From Candidatus Cloacimonadota bacterium (lineage in GTDB: Bacteria > Cloacimonadota > Cloacimonadia > Cloacimonadales > JAJBBL01): DNA of 64,000 nt. Shown here one piece after another: positions 53,259-64,000 of the stretch. A program made the translations under genes and the position numbers. Positions within the stretch are counted from its first letter, which is position 1. Every line of letters starts with the position of its first letter. The notes beneath the pieces were generated by a model. That model did no database searches and was not told where the DNA came from. It saw only the letters and a list, made by a program, of their open reading frames with translations. Where the stretch lies: NCBI GenBank assembly GCA_019429305.1, contig JAHYIR010000003.1, forward strand, positions 9,852 through 73,851, written 5' to 3'.

Positions 53259-55844
53259 TTATTCTTTCCATTTGATATACTCATAGTAATGCTGCAGGTA
53301 AGGATGATTATCACCTTTAATTCTGACATTGACGCTTTGCATACCGGAAGATTCTAATTGAAACTCACCACAATATCGGGTAACGTTATCTTCATATTTC
53401 TCTTTATAATCCAGTTTCAGCAAATGGTACCTGTTATTTGTAACGTTACGGTAGAACAACTCAATAACAAATAGATCCTCTGGTGCTTTATCAAGATAAA
53501 CATAGCAATCGACTGAAATGAGATCACCTGAGGTCAAGGTATGAGCTGACTGTATTGGGATATCCTTTTCCTTGAGCTTTAGGGTCAGATCCTTCACATA
53601 AATGTTATTCCAGAATTTTTTTATTTCATTTTCTTTACTCAGGACAGTTTTGAGTAATTTTTTATCATCCTTTACCAGTTCTTTGTAACCGCCAAAAGCT
53701 TTAAGATAATAGTTATCCAGATATTGTCTTAGCATGCGGTGCAGGTTAAATCCCATACCAACTGTGTACATAGAATGCTTCATTTTATTGATCCATCCGA
53801 TCGGTAGGTTGGATTCATTTCTTCTATAGTAAAGATCGGAAATTTCACCTTCGATAAGATCATATATTTGCTGTGATTCCAGATGATTACTGATCTCCTG
53901 TGTGTCATAACCCTCTCCACTGGTAATAGCCCAACCGTTCTCACCATCGTAACATTCAGGCCACCAACCGTCGAGAACGCTAAGATTGAGAACACCATTT
54001 AATCCCGCTTTCATACCGGAAGTGCCGCTCGCTTCAAATGGACGGATCGGTGTATTAAGCCAGATATCAACACCTTGAACAATATGCTTGGCGACATTCA
54101 GATCATAGTCTTCGATAAAGACAAAGCGATCTTCAATATCATACTTTTTGGCAAAATCGATAAGGTTTTTTATTAGTTTCTTACCTTCCGGGTCTGCAGG
54201 GTGTGCTTTACCAGCAAGAACAAACTGTACGGGACGATGTGGATTATTGATTATGGAAAGAATTCTTTCTGGATCTTCGAGGATAAGATTAGCTCTCTTA
54301 TATGGAGCAAATCTCCGGGCAAACCCTATAGTCAGTGTATCGGGAGAGAGTGTATTTCTTAATTTATGAGAGATAGGAATGGTAGATTTTTTCTCTAAAA
54401 AGGTCTGTTCAATATGTTGTCGAATAAAAGAGATCATCTGTTCTTTACGTCTTTGATGTGCTTCCCAGATCTCTATATCCGGTATTTTTTTGATATTTTG
54501 CCAGATTGAGCTATCCTCACCCATATGTAGATAATCGGCTCCGATATATCTATCATAGAGAAGAGTAAGTTCTTTACTCAACCATGTTTGGGCGTGTACA
54601 CCGTTAGTTACATAACCGATAGGGATCTCTTCAATATTAAGGTTAGGGAAGATATGACTCCAGAGTTTTCTGGATACTGTAGAATGTAGTTGTGAAACGC
54701 CGTTGGCATAACGTGAAAAGCGCAGAGCCAAAGCGGGTAACCAAAAATTATTATTATCTCCGGGAATAGCGGCAATTTTAAAGAAATCTTCTACCGAAAG
54801 ACCAATACTCTCGATTTTATCTTTGAGATACTTGCGGATCATTTCGATATCAAAATGCTCATTACCGGCTGTAACCGGAGTATGAGTAGTAAAGAGGGTA
54901 TTATTGGCAATGATTTGACATGCTTCAGCATAAGAATATCCCTCTTTATTGATCATCCGTTGTAATCTATCCAGTATGATGAAGGCAGAATGTCCTTCAT
55001 TCAGATGATATACCTTAGGTTCGATTTTCAATGTATGTAACAACTCCATGGCACCGAAAGAGAGAACAATTTCTTGCATCAATCGGATCGAACGATTAGC
55101 ATCGTATAATTTGTCGGTGATTGAGCGATTTGCTGGAGTGTTTTCCGGAATATCGGTATCCAATAGATAGAGCTTGATCTGACCGATTGTAATATACCAA
55201 ACTTTGATCCAGATATCTTCGTCAGCGATCTTTATTTTTATCAGACGATTATCTCCGCTTTCATCACTCAAAACCTTAACAGGCATGAGATGCCATTGAT
55301 TCTCTTTCCATTCCTCTTGCTGTTCACCGTTTATATTGATAATTTGAGAGAAGTAACCGTATTTATAGAGTAAACCAAAACCAATAAAAGGGAGAGCAAG
55401 GTCGGAAGCTGCTTTCAGGTAATCTCCCGCTAAAACTCCCAGACCTCCTGAATAGATGGGCAGTGATTCATGTAAACCGTATTCCATAGAAAAATAGGCT
55501 ATACAGTCATCTTTTTCGAAGTTGTGCTTTTTACCCTTCGAGCTGATATAATATCCGCGATAAGAGAGATATGATCTAAAATTCATCCAAACTTTTTCCA
55601 GTTCTGATAAGAAACCGTTGTCTTGAGCAAGTTCTTCGAGTCGTTCCGGAGAAACCTGATGGAGTAACATAACAGGATTATGAACACAGCGTCTGTAGAT
55701 TATGGGGTCAATTCTGTTGAAAAGTTTGATCGCCTGCTTATCCCATGTTGACCAGAGATTATAACTCAATTCAGTTAGTTTGCTCAATTTTTCCGGTATT
55801 TTAGGGTTCACATAGAAAGTATAAAGATTCTTTTCTCTATCCAT
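53259..55844 (-). CDS. glgP: Alpha-glucan phosphorylase (GT35, long alpha-glucan-family form)
   Basis: PLP-lysine block EASGTSGMKAGLNG. N-terminal region is DUF3417-like. 861 aa. Confidence 0.85.
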   Translation of the reverse strand: MDREKNLYTFYVNPKIPEKLSKLTELSYNLWSTWDKQAIKLFNRIDPIIYRRCVHNPVMLLHQVSPERLEELAQDNGFLSELEKVWMNFRSYLSYRGYYISSKGKKHNFEKDDCIAYFSMEYGLHESLPIYSGGLGVLAGDYLKAASDLALPFIGFGLLYKYGYFSQIININGEQQEEWKENQWHLMPVKVLSDESGDNRLIKIKIADEDIWIKVWYITIGQIKLYLLDTDIPENTPANRSITDKLYDANRSIRLMQEIVLSFGAMELLHTLKIEPKVYHLNEGHSAFIILDRLQRMINKEGYSYAEACQIIANNTLFTTHTPVTAGNEHFDIEMIRKYLKDKIESIGLSVEDFFKIAAIPGDNNNFWLPALALRFSRYANGVSQLHSTVSRKLWSHIFPNLNIEEIPIGYVTNGVHAQTWLSKELTLLYDRYIGADYLHMGEDSSIWQNIKKIPDIEIWEAHQRRKEQMISFIRQHIEQTFLEKKSTIPISHKLRNTLSPDTLTIGFARRFAPYKRANLILEDPERILSIINNPHRPVQFVLAGKAHPADPEGKKLIKNLIDFAKKYDIEDRFVFIEDYDLNVAKHIVQGVDIWLNTPIRPFEASGTSGMKAGLNGVLNLSVLDGWWPECYDGENGWAITSGEGYDTQEISNHLESQQIYDLIEGEISDLYYRRNESNLPIGWINKMKHSMYTVGMGFNLHRMLRQYLDNYYLKAFGGYKELVKDDKKLLKTVLSKENEIKKFWNNIYVKDLTLKLKEKDIPIQSAHTLTSGDLISVDCYVYLDKAPEDLFVIELFYRNVTNNRYHLLKLDYKEKYEDNVTRYCGEFQLESSGMQSVNVRIKGDNHPYLQHYYEYIKWKE

Positions 55845-57033
55845 TAATTCGTTCCTCCAAGTCAGCTAAAGCGTTTATGTAATAGATGTATGCCTGTTCA
55901 GGCGAATCATAAGGAGAAAAATACTTATGTACATCTCCATCCTGAAAATACTTCGTACACATGTAATAAAAATGATCCGAGATGGTCAGACATCGAGCAT
56001 CATTCAAAAGATCGATTCTACCTTTCATTTTTATCTGCTTTATTAGTTCATATATCGTATTGATGGCATTCTGCTGCATATCATTTTCAACCCAAGCTGA
56101 GATATCACGTTCCTGATCTGCCCATGAAACCGGTTCCGGGAAGGAGAGTGATTCTTGCTGGTAATTTGATAATTCATAACACTGCGATGGATGAGCAAAT
56201 CCGAGATGTGGATGTTTCAATACCTCACCAGGTAAATGGGCAACAAAATCAAAGATACCGGTCTCTTCCCATTGATGTTCTCCGAAAGTCTCATAATCCA
56301 TAAACAAGTTGAGGAAAAGGTTCTTGTTCTTGCTCTCTGAAAGTGTTAATTGATTTATCCAGTGAATAAATTTTTCTACTGTAAGAGGATATTCCGGCCA
56401 GCTTCTATTTGAAAACCGAAAGGCAATATCATCTGATAACATATAATACTTAAGAAGCAAGCTAATGGTTTTAGAGTAATTTTTGTAAGAATATAACGGA
56501 GATCGCCATTTAAGGATACGATCCACACCCTCAGTAAGGATGACCTTAAAGCCCTCTTCAAAAATGATATCCGATAATCTATCCTGATAGATCAACTCTG
56601 TATTACGAAAAACTGTCGGGTTCTGACCAAACTCTTCCTGCATAAGTTTGCGGTGCATTTGAACTTGCTCTAAAAATTCTTCTGTATCATAAAGGGAAGC
56701 GAGAGAGTGATAATATGTCTCACCTAAAAATTCTACCATTCCGGTCGCAGCAAGTTCCTGAAAAGAACGGAGTACATCAGGAGAGTATTTCTTAAACTGT
56801 TCAATAGTAACGCCACTGATAGAGTAAGCTACTTTGAATTTTCCCAAGTGTTGTTCGATCAGTTTGAGCATTAGCTTGTTTGCAGGGAGATAACATTTTT
56901 GAGCAACCTTTTGCATTATTTTGGCATTCAAGTCTTCGTCGAAATAATTAGAGTTAGTGTTGATATCAAGTACTCTCAGGTGTCTTAACCTATATGGTTG
57001 ATGTACTTGAAAATAGAAGACAAAATTTAGCAT
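55837..57033 (-). CDS. Glycoside hydrolase family 57 protein
   Basis: N-terminal FVFYFQVHQPYRL is typical of GH57. 398 aa. Overlaps the glgP start by 8 nt. Confidence 0.8.
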   Translation of the reverse strand: MLNFVFYFQVHQPYRLRHLRVLDINTNSNYFDEDLNAKIMQKVAQKCYLPANKLMLKLIEQHLGKFKVAYSISGVTIEQFKKYSPDVLRSFQELAATGMVEFLGETYYHSLASLYDTEEFLEQVQMHRKLMQEEFGQNPTVFRNTELIYQDRLSDIIFEEGFKVILTEGVDRILKWRSPLYSYKNYSKTISLLLKYYMLSDDIAFRFSNRSWPEYPLTVEKFIHWINQLTLSESKNKNLFLNLFMDYETFGEHQWEETGIFDFVAHLPGEVLKHPHLGFAHPSQCYELSNYQQESLSFPEPVSWADQERDISAWVENDMQQNAINTIYELIKQIKMKGRIDLLNDARCLTISDHFYYMCTKYFQDGDVHKYFSPYDSPEQAYIYYINALADLEERING

Positions 57034-57044
57034 AGCATCTCCCC

Positions 57045-58415
57045 TTATCTTATGGTTTCATTATATACTGTGTTAATATGTTCTGCTGCTGTATCCCAAC
57101 GAATCTGTTCAACTTCCAGCATTCCTTTATGTCCCAGTTCCTCCCGAACATCGGGGTTTTCAATCAGATAACAGATAGTTTCAGACATTTGGTCAATATC
57201 CCAGAAATCTATTTTATAAGCGTTTTTAATTACTTCCGAGACCCCTGACTGTTTGGATATTATGGCTGCTATACCGTAAGCCATAGCTTCTAATGGAGCA
57301 ATACCGAAGGGTTCGGAAACGGAGGGGAGCATATATATATCAGTATTGGATAAAATATTTTCAACTTCTTCACGGTTGAGAAAGCCGGTAAAAAGGAAGC
57401 CATTTTTCAGTCTATAAAAGGCAGATTTATGAAGTAGTCGTTTTGCCATATCTCCAGTTCCAGCCATAATAAAACGTGCACGAGGATGTTTTTCAAGTAC
57501 TCTTTTTGCTACATCGAGGAAATAATCTGGACCTTTTTGTATAGTGATGCGACCTAAAAAGAGTATTGTCGGTCCTTTAAAGAGTCTTTGGTCGGGATCT
57601 TTCATTTTTTTAACATTGGTTATATGGGCATTATGAACGATGCGCAATTTACCGCTATCTATCCGATAACGAGTCATAACCATTTGAGCAGTATATTTGG
57701 AAACAGCTATAACTCTGTCAGCATAAGACATTCCGGAAAATTCGATCTTATGTATTCGTTCATCTCCCTCACCACCGGCTCTGTCGAATTCAGTGGCATG
57801 TATGTGAACAACTAGAGGTTTTCCTGTGATCTTTTTGATAAACATAGCAGCTGGATAGGTAAGCCAGTCATGGGAATGGATTAAATCATAATCTAGAGTT
57901 TGAGCAAGTTGAGTAGCCCTGATTGTATATTCTTGGACTTTACGGAAAATATCTTCCTGTCCGACAAGATAATCCCTGATATTGGCGAACATAAGATCTT
58001 CTTGGGTTGTAATGTATTCAGTTTCAGTAAAATGGGAGGTAATAAGATCCTGTAACGGTTGAAACTTTTCTGTTCCGTATTGAATCAGACTCTTATAATC
58101 CTTTAGGTCTTGATAATTGATATAAGTTTCAGGTCTCTCGCTAATACCGAGAAATTTTAAACGTTCCTCAACTATTGTTAGCTTCCTTGTCTCAATAGTA
58201 TATCTTTCTTGAGCAACAGGGTCTGAAAATCTTACCGGAAGTATGTCAGCATCTTCAACTTTTCGTAAAGGGAAATATGCTGCTTTTTTTGTCGGTAAGA
58301 TCAAATCAATTTCTACACCTAAACTCAGAAGTGACTTGACCATACCATAACATGCCATACCAAGTCCACCAGCTATCAAAGGTGGAAATTCCCAAGTTAA
58401 CATTAATACTTTCAT
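57045..58415 (-). CDS. GT-B glycosyltransferase, archaeal-type glycogen synthase-like (GT4/GT5)
   Basis: MKVLMLTWEFPPLIAGGLG N-terminus and the EPFGIAPLEAMAYG block. Confidence 0.75.
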   Translation of the reverse strand: MKVLMLTWEFPPLIAGGLGMACYGMVKSLLSLGVEIDLILPTKKAAYFPLRKVEDADILPVRFSDPVAQERYTIETRKLTIVEERLKFLGISERPETYINYQDLKDYKSLIQYGTEKFQPLQDLITSHFTETEYITTQEDLMFANIRDYLVGQEDIFRKVQEYTIRATQLAQTLDYDLIHSHDWLTYPAAMFIKKITGKPLVVHIHATEFDRAGGEGDERIHKIEFSGMSYADRVIAVSKYTAQMVMTRYRIDSGKLRIVHNAHITNVKKMKDPDQRLFKGPTILFLGRITIQKGPDYFLDVAKRVLEKHPRARFIMAGTGDMAKRLLHKSAFYRLKNGFLFTGFLNREEVENILSNTDIYMLPSVSEPFGIAPLEAMAYGIAAIISKQSGVSEVIKNAYKIDFWDIDQMSETICYLIENPDVREELGHKGMLEVEQIRWDTAAEHINTVYNETIR

Positions 58416-58419
58416 CTTG

Positions 58420-60471
58420 TTAATCCTTCTGCATTAACTTGTTAATAAGATGTTCTGCGTTAACAAGAGCAGCTACACTCCATGCCTGAGCCGGACAACC
58501 TTTCGGAAAATGAGGTCTTTCACCATCCCAGACTTCGGCTATTGAAGAAATGTGTCCTTTCATATAACCATTCCGTAAATTTGAAATAATCTTTGTTAAG
58601 TCTTCTACCATTTCTAAAGAACTCTTTTCCCCTTTGTAAGCATTATAATATGTCTTAGTGTAAGGATCAATGAGCCATGCCCAAACAGTACCCTGATGAT
58701 ATTGAGAATCTCTTTCTTTTTGATTACCCAGATATTTTTTCTTAAAGCGATAATCTCTGGGAGAGAGAGTTCTTAGCCCGTAAGGTGTTGCTAATTCATT
58801 CGTTGCAGTTTGAAAGACTGTCTTCAGTTTATCGGAAGATAACAATGAAAAGGGTAACGATGTTGCAATCAATGCATTGGGACGATATTCTTTAACAGGG
58901 AGGTCTCTTTCTAATCTATCAGCTAGATAATCATCAATCCAAAAGAGTGAAAAAGATTCCTTTATCTTGTCAATTTGGACTGTAACTCTTTTAATCAACT
59001 CGGTTTGCATCATTTTCTTTGGGAGATAGTCTTCTGTTAGCTCCTTAAAGATACAGAGAGCATTATAAAAGAGGGCATTGATCTCTACAGGTGCTCCGTT
59101 ACGTGGTGTAATAGCATTACCATTGATTCTGACATCCATCCAAGTAGCAGTGGAGAACTCTTCTTTTAGATACAGTAAACCATTATCTGCTATGAAGAAA
59201 GGGTATTCTGTGTTATCTAAAATACCTTTTATAATCTCTTCACAATAACCGACAGATTCACTAATTATTGTTTTCTGTCCATAGAGATTTTCACTGACAA
59301 CTTTGTTGACAAAATCGTAAATTCTTAAGACAAACCAGAGACTACTGTCTATAGAATGGTAATTGAGGTCTCTGGCAGATTCTGTTAACATATTTGGAAT
59401 GAGTCCATTCTTGATTAATGATGCGTATTTCTTGATGATCATCCAACATTGTCGATGATTGACAACTGACTTTATCAGTGCATCGAAATAAATAAAAGTA
59501 TCACGTCCCCAGCAGCCAAACCATGGGTAACCAGCAATAACATCTTCCTTAATATGAAAATCGTGCAAACTGAATTCCAGTATGCGCAGATATTCTTTAT
59601 AATCAAACATGATTTGGTCTTGAAAATCCAATCTATGCAAAAGTGGATTATCGCTATCATTAGAAGCAGGGTAATCCTTTGGTAAAGGTAATTCTGAATA
59701 TTTTTTCTCTATCTTCTCTATCTTCTTATCTAAAGAGATTTCCTGAAAATTCTCTTTTAGGTCAGAAAAAAACAGATAGTTAGTCTCTCCATATCGGAGA
59801 GAAAATGAGATGTTGACAGGAGTATATTGATCTTCTACTCCATTATATCCTCGTATCGCTTCCCATGGATAATAACAATCACGATAAATATTGCCATCAG
59901 GATGGATAGCACCATTATGGATTACACCGTAAAGAGCTAACTTATTGTGTTGAAACAAGAAGTCTCTTTCAGTGAGTTGCAAACCTTTATTGTCATAATC
60001 CCATGTACCCGGTGAATTTGTATCATGATGGCTACGCATGGTTACCTTAGGTTTGATAAAAAAGTTTAACTTATGGTAACTGAGATTAGTAATTTTAACC
60101 ATTACTGTGTTTTCGTCATCTGCCATCATAATCTCTTTCTTAACGAGAATATCATTACTATGGTGGAGAGAAGAATAGAGAAAAATGGGATATGGTCTTA
60201 ACCAGCTCTTGACGAGATGTAAAAAACCTTCAGGATAAATGCAACTACTATAATTAGTGCTGTCAAGATAGCATCTTTCTCCCCGCCACTCCAGTACCAT
60301 TTCTAAACCGGCAAGCAAATTGTGTCGATTGAGATTATCATCGCTACTGATCAATAATCCATGATACTTACGCTGGTTGATCAAATTACCTGTACCGAGA
60401 GCATAACCACCAATTTTATTAGTCAGTATCCACTCATGATTACTCGTTTCGTTAAAATAATTATCCTTCAT
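58420..60471 (-). CDS. Amylo-alpha-1,6-glucosidase / glycogen debranching enzyme family protein
   Basis: GYPWFGCWGRDTFI is typical of the GDE catalytic domain. The N-terminal block WILTNKIGGYALGT is typical of the GDE N-terminal domain. 683 aa. Confidence 0.8.
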   Translation of the reverse strand: MKDNYFNETSNHEWILTNKIGGYALGTGNLINQRKYHGLLISSDDNLNRHNLLAGLEMVLEWRGERCYLDSTNYSSCIYPEGFLHLVKSWLRPYPIFLYSSLHHSNDILVKKEIMMADDENTVMVKITNLSYHKLNFFIKPKVTMRSHHDTNSPGTWDYDNKGLQLTERDFLFQHNKLALYGVIHNGAIHPDGNIYRDCYYPWEAIRGYNGVEDQYTPVNISFSLRYGETNYLFFSDLKENFQEISLDKKIEKIEKKYSELPLPKDYPASNDSDNPLLHRLDFQDQIMFDYKEYLRILEFSLHDFHIKEDVIAGYPWFGCWGRDTFIYFDALIKSVVNHRQCWMIIKKYASLIKNGLIPNMLTESARDLNYHSIDSSLWFVLRIYDFVNKVVSENLYGQKTIISESVGYCEEIIKGILDNTEYPFFIADNGLLYLKEEFSTATWMDVRINGNAITPRNGAPVEINALFYNALCIFKELTEDYLPKKMMQTELIKRVTVQIDKIKESFSLFWIDDYLADRLERDLPVKEYRPNALIATSLPFSLLSSDKLKTVFQTATNELATPYGLRTLSPRDYRFKKKYLGNQKERDSQYHQGTVWAWLIDPYTKTYYNAYKGEKSSLEMVEDLTKIISNLRNGYMKGHISSIAEVWDGERPHFPKGCPAQAWSVAALVNAEHLINKLMQKD

Positions 60472-60637
60472 GATACTACCTCTTCAATAGCTAAATAACA
60501 TAAAAAATCTCAATCCTCTTAAGTTTGAACCACTTTGTCTAAATCAATGTAATACACCAATTATCTGTTTAAGTGGGATAATTATGCTTAATAGGCAAAC
60601 ATTTTAAGTACTGTCTATTTAACTATGTTTCTTTGTG

Positions 60638-61648
<1,011 letters not shown>

Positions 61649-61737
61649 CTATCTAATTCTATAGATAATTTCTTAGTAAAAATTGTATAAACTTTGAATT
61701 CTTTCAGGTTCAGAGTGTTTTCAAAAAAGTACTCTTC

Positions 61738-62718
61738 TTAGAGTAAAATACTATTATTACTGCTTTTTACTATCTGAACTAACGATTCGACCTCATTTTG
61801 GACAGCATTTTCTGCCTTTACTAACCATTTTCTCGGATCGAATCTCTTCTTATCGGGAGTAAAATCATCTTCATTCTGCCCTGAGGGACAAACAACAGCT
61901 TCCTTTTCTTTTTCCCAATATGCCTGAACTGCTTTTGCCATAACCATCTGATAGTCTGTATCTTTATTGATCTTGACTACACCATTTTTTACTGCGGTTT
62001 GTTGTTGTTCAATCGTAAGCCCGGAAGCTCCGTGTAGTACGATACCAGTCTCAACATTGTTAGCTATGAGTAGATCGTCGATCTCTTTTATAAGATCTAA
62101 CTTCAGAGTTACCTTGTGACCCTTTGTTACACCATGATTCGTGCCAACAGAAGCAGCAAAAAGGTCAACACCGGTCTGTTTGACAAATTCCAGCGCCTCT
62201 TCTGGTTCAGTATACAGTTCAGTTTCTGAGACAATTTCATCTTCAGTGCCCTTAATGTACCCTATTTCACCTTCGACTAAAACATTGTGCCGATGTGCTA
62301 ATTCAACTACCTCTTTGGTGATTCTGACATTCTCGGTAAAGGAATCTTTTGAGGCATCGATCATTACAGAAGAAACAAGTTGTTTTTCAATGCAATATTT
62401 GATGAAATCGAAATAATTCGGAGTTGCGTGATCAATATGTAAACCGATACCGGAAGTTTGATATTGATTAGCTAAAATTTTTACCATTGCCGAGATCAAT
62501 TCTGCCCCGAGAAAAATATTTTCTGATGAACCGGCAGCATATTTGCAGGCACCGGAACTGATCTGTAACAATCCATCTGATTTCTGGCGAGCGTAACCTT
62601 CCAAAACACCACGGATAGTAGAATCAAACACAACATTAGAAGCAATAATTCCAAATCTCTCTTTTTTTGCCTTTAAAAAGACATTCTTTAACTTACTACC
62701 TTCTAAAAACATTACCAC
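61738..62718 (-). CDS. fba: Class II fructose-bisphosphate aldolase
   Basis: GLHIDHATP, VEGEIG and LHGASG blocks. 326 aa. The start could be the Met 2 codons in. Confidence 0.85.
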   Translation of the reverse strand: MVMFLEGSKLKNVFLKAKKERFGIIASNVVFDSTIRGVLEGYARQKSDGLLQISSGACKYAAGSSENIFLGAELISAMVKILANQYQTSGIGLHIDHATPNYFDFIKYCIEKQLVSSVMIDASKDSFTENVRITKEVVELAHRHNVLVEGEIGYIKGTEDEIVSETELYTEPEEALEFVKQTGVDLFAASVGTNHGVTKGHKVTLKLDLIKEIDDLLIANNVETGIVLHGASGLTIEQQQTAVKNGVVKINKDTDYQMVMAKAVQAYWEKEKEAVVCPSGQNEDDFTPDKKRFDPRKWLVKAENAVQNEVESLVQIVKSSNNSILL

Positions 62719-62822
62719 TCCTTTAAATAATTATATTTTACATCCCTAACTGCTCCCGATACTTATATGATAAAGAAAACGTCCTTTTTTGTTAGAAAAG
62801 TAGGGTAAACGAGTTAGTTTTA

Positions 62823-64000
62823 TTATTTCAGATCATCAAATACGTCAAAACCTTCTTCTATTGATTTGATCATATACTCTGCAGATTCGTGTAAATCGGC
62901 AGCGGGATAGTTTCTAATAACATCTTGAAATATTTTTACTGCCTCTTGAGGATTCTGCAATTCCTCTGCCATGACAAAACCCTTCATAAAGAGAGCTTTA
63001 TAATCGTCATCATTATTCTTATAAGTATCAATTATTTGATCATAATATTGAATTGCTTCTCTATAGCGATTTCTTTTCATTGCTTCTTCAGCTAAATCAA
63101 ACAGTTCTCTCGCTGAAAACATAAATGCTAATCTTTCCGGATAAGAAACTAAAGCGTATTCTGCCTTTAACTCTTCCTGCAATTCAGCCCATTTTCTCTC
63201 TCTTAGCTCTCTGGTTAATTGAAAAGTAATACGTTCTTCAGCATCAGCCAGAGGGAAAGTATGAGCAGGTATTTCATCTAGAACTTTTAGAAAGAAGTAT
63301 TTATCATCTGCATTTTTTGTTACTTCACTTATTTCATTAACCTTAGTATTCCAGATAACTTGATGCATAATTTCATCTTTCCCAATTCGAGGGATATTGG
63401 GATCACGTTGTATATTGGCAATCAAACCATTGTTCTCAGTAAATAAAGAATTACCGATAACTTCAGTAATCTTATCATGGTTATCATTTCTATATGCTTT
63501 TGCAGCATCGTTTTTAGCTCTTCTGGCAGTTCTATTATTATCGAATAAGAATAACTGAATGGTTCGTTGTTCATTGGTCGTATAACGATCGATATTCTCA
63601 TTATAATGAGATTCAATATCCTCTTGAGTCGGGATTGCTTGGGTTACTACTAATTCGTTAAAAAGATGATTAAGAATGATATTACGCCTGATTTGCTCTG
63701 CTTCAAGATTTTCCTTTAAAAATTCACCATATCCTTTTTGTTTTGCTTCGAAAGCAAAAAGATTATTCATCAGTAAATTATCGAAAAGATCTTTACGATA
63801 TTGAGGATTGCTTAACTGTGCTCGTTCTTGTTGAGTTACTCTTCGCATATGATTGACAAAATCACCGACAGTGATTTGCAAATCAGGTATATTTGCTGTT
63901 GCAATGAGTAGGTCTACTCTTTCCGGATCTGGTCTTGCTTCTGGTAAATTAACCGATTCTAAGAGATCATTATCTATTTGCACAGAATATTTGTCCTTTA
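62823..64000 (-). CDS. Periplasmic chaperone-like protein (SurA/PpiD N-terminal-like region plus C-terminal TPR-like helices); 5' end probably outside the window
   Basis: The frame stays open upstream of the GTG at 63983 to the window edge. The C-terminus YREAIQYYDQIIDTYKNNDDDYKALFMKG...AVKIFQDVIRNYP is TPR-like. The assignment is weak. Confidence 0.35.
   Translation of the reverse strand, partial: KDKYSVQIDNDLLESVNLPEARPDPERVDLLIATANIPDLQITVGDFVNHMRRVTQQERAQLSNPQYRKDLFDNLLMNNLFAFEAKQKGYGEFLKENLEAEQIRRNIILNHLFNELVVTQAIPTQEDIESHYNENIDRYTTNEQRTIQLFLFDNNRTARRAKNDAAKAYRNDNHDKITEVIGNSLFTENNGLIANIQRDPNIPRIGKDEIMHQVIWNTKVNEISEVTKNADDKYFFLKVLDEIPAHTFPLADAEERITFQLTRELRERKWAELQEELKAEYALVSYPERLAFMFSARELFDLAEEAMKRNRYREAIQYYDQIIDTYKNNDDDYKALFMKGFVMAEELQNPQEAVKIFQDVIRNYPAADLHESAEYMIKSIEEGFDVFDDLK

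Overview
AT-rich, gene-dense 64 kb bacterial chromosomal window with about 60 credible CDS, one RNase P RNA and one initiator tRNA-Met. I saw no rRNA and no CRISPR array. The gene content points to an anaerobic, diderm, fermentative bacterium: a full rnfCDGEAB operon, LptE-like and LolA-like genes, T9SS-type C-terminal sorting tails, and an archaeal/Thermotoga-style glycogen cluster. That looks like an FCB-group or Cloacimonadota-like lineage, but the taxon is inference only.

Layout:
- 1-3.9 kb: housekeeping genes plus a small set of exported redox proteins.
- 4.0-6.2 kb: a decayed integrase island bounded by 62-bp direct repeats.
- 6.2-9.2 kb: a 977-aa GlmL-like ASKHA fusion protein.
- 9.5-24.1 kb: a YtrA-type GntR/ABC module, then sppA, purE, rluB, ychF, ftsK, lolA-like, manC, nadC.
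- 24.1-24.7 kb: rnpB and tRNA-fMet.
- 24.8-25.4 kb: a repeat-rich spacer.
- 25.4-36.8 kb: an 11.4-kb catabolic cluster of AllH/AllF/AllG homologs, a cyclase-family hydrolase, a three-subunit molybdenum hydroxylase, a family III CoA-transferase and an amidase.
- 36.9-41.0 kb: two T9SS-tailed secreted proteins.
- 41.4-46.6 kb: rnfCDGEAB.
- 46.9-52.3 kb: an unusual minus-strand operon (membrane protein, DUF5658-like, radical SAM/SPASM, lon, DUF4911-like, meaB).
- 52.5-62.7 kb: rph, glycogen genes, gap, fba.
- 62.8 kb to the window end: a partial chaperone-like gene.

The most promising candidate for an undescribed system is the 25.4-36.8 kb cluster, a putative anaerobic N-heterocycle or ureide degradation pathway. 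Next are the radical-SAM membrane module and the small integrase island. All homology statements come from motif recognition by eye. No searches were run.
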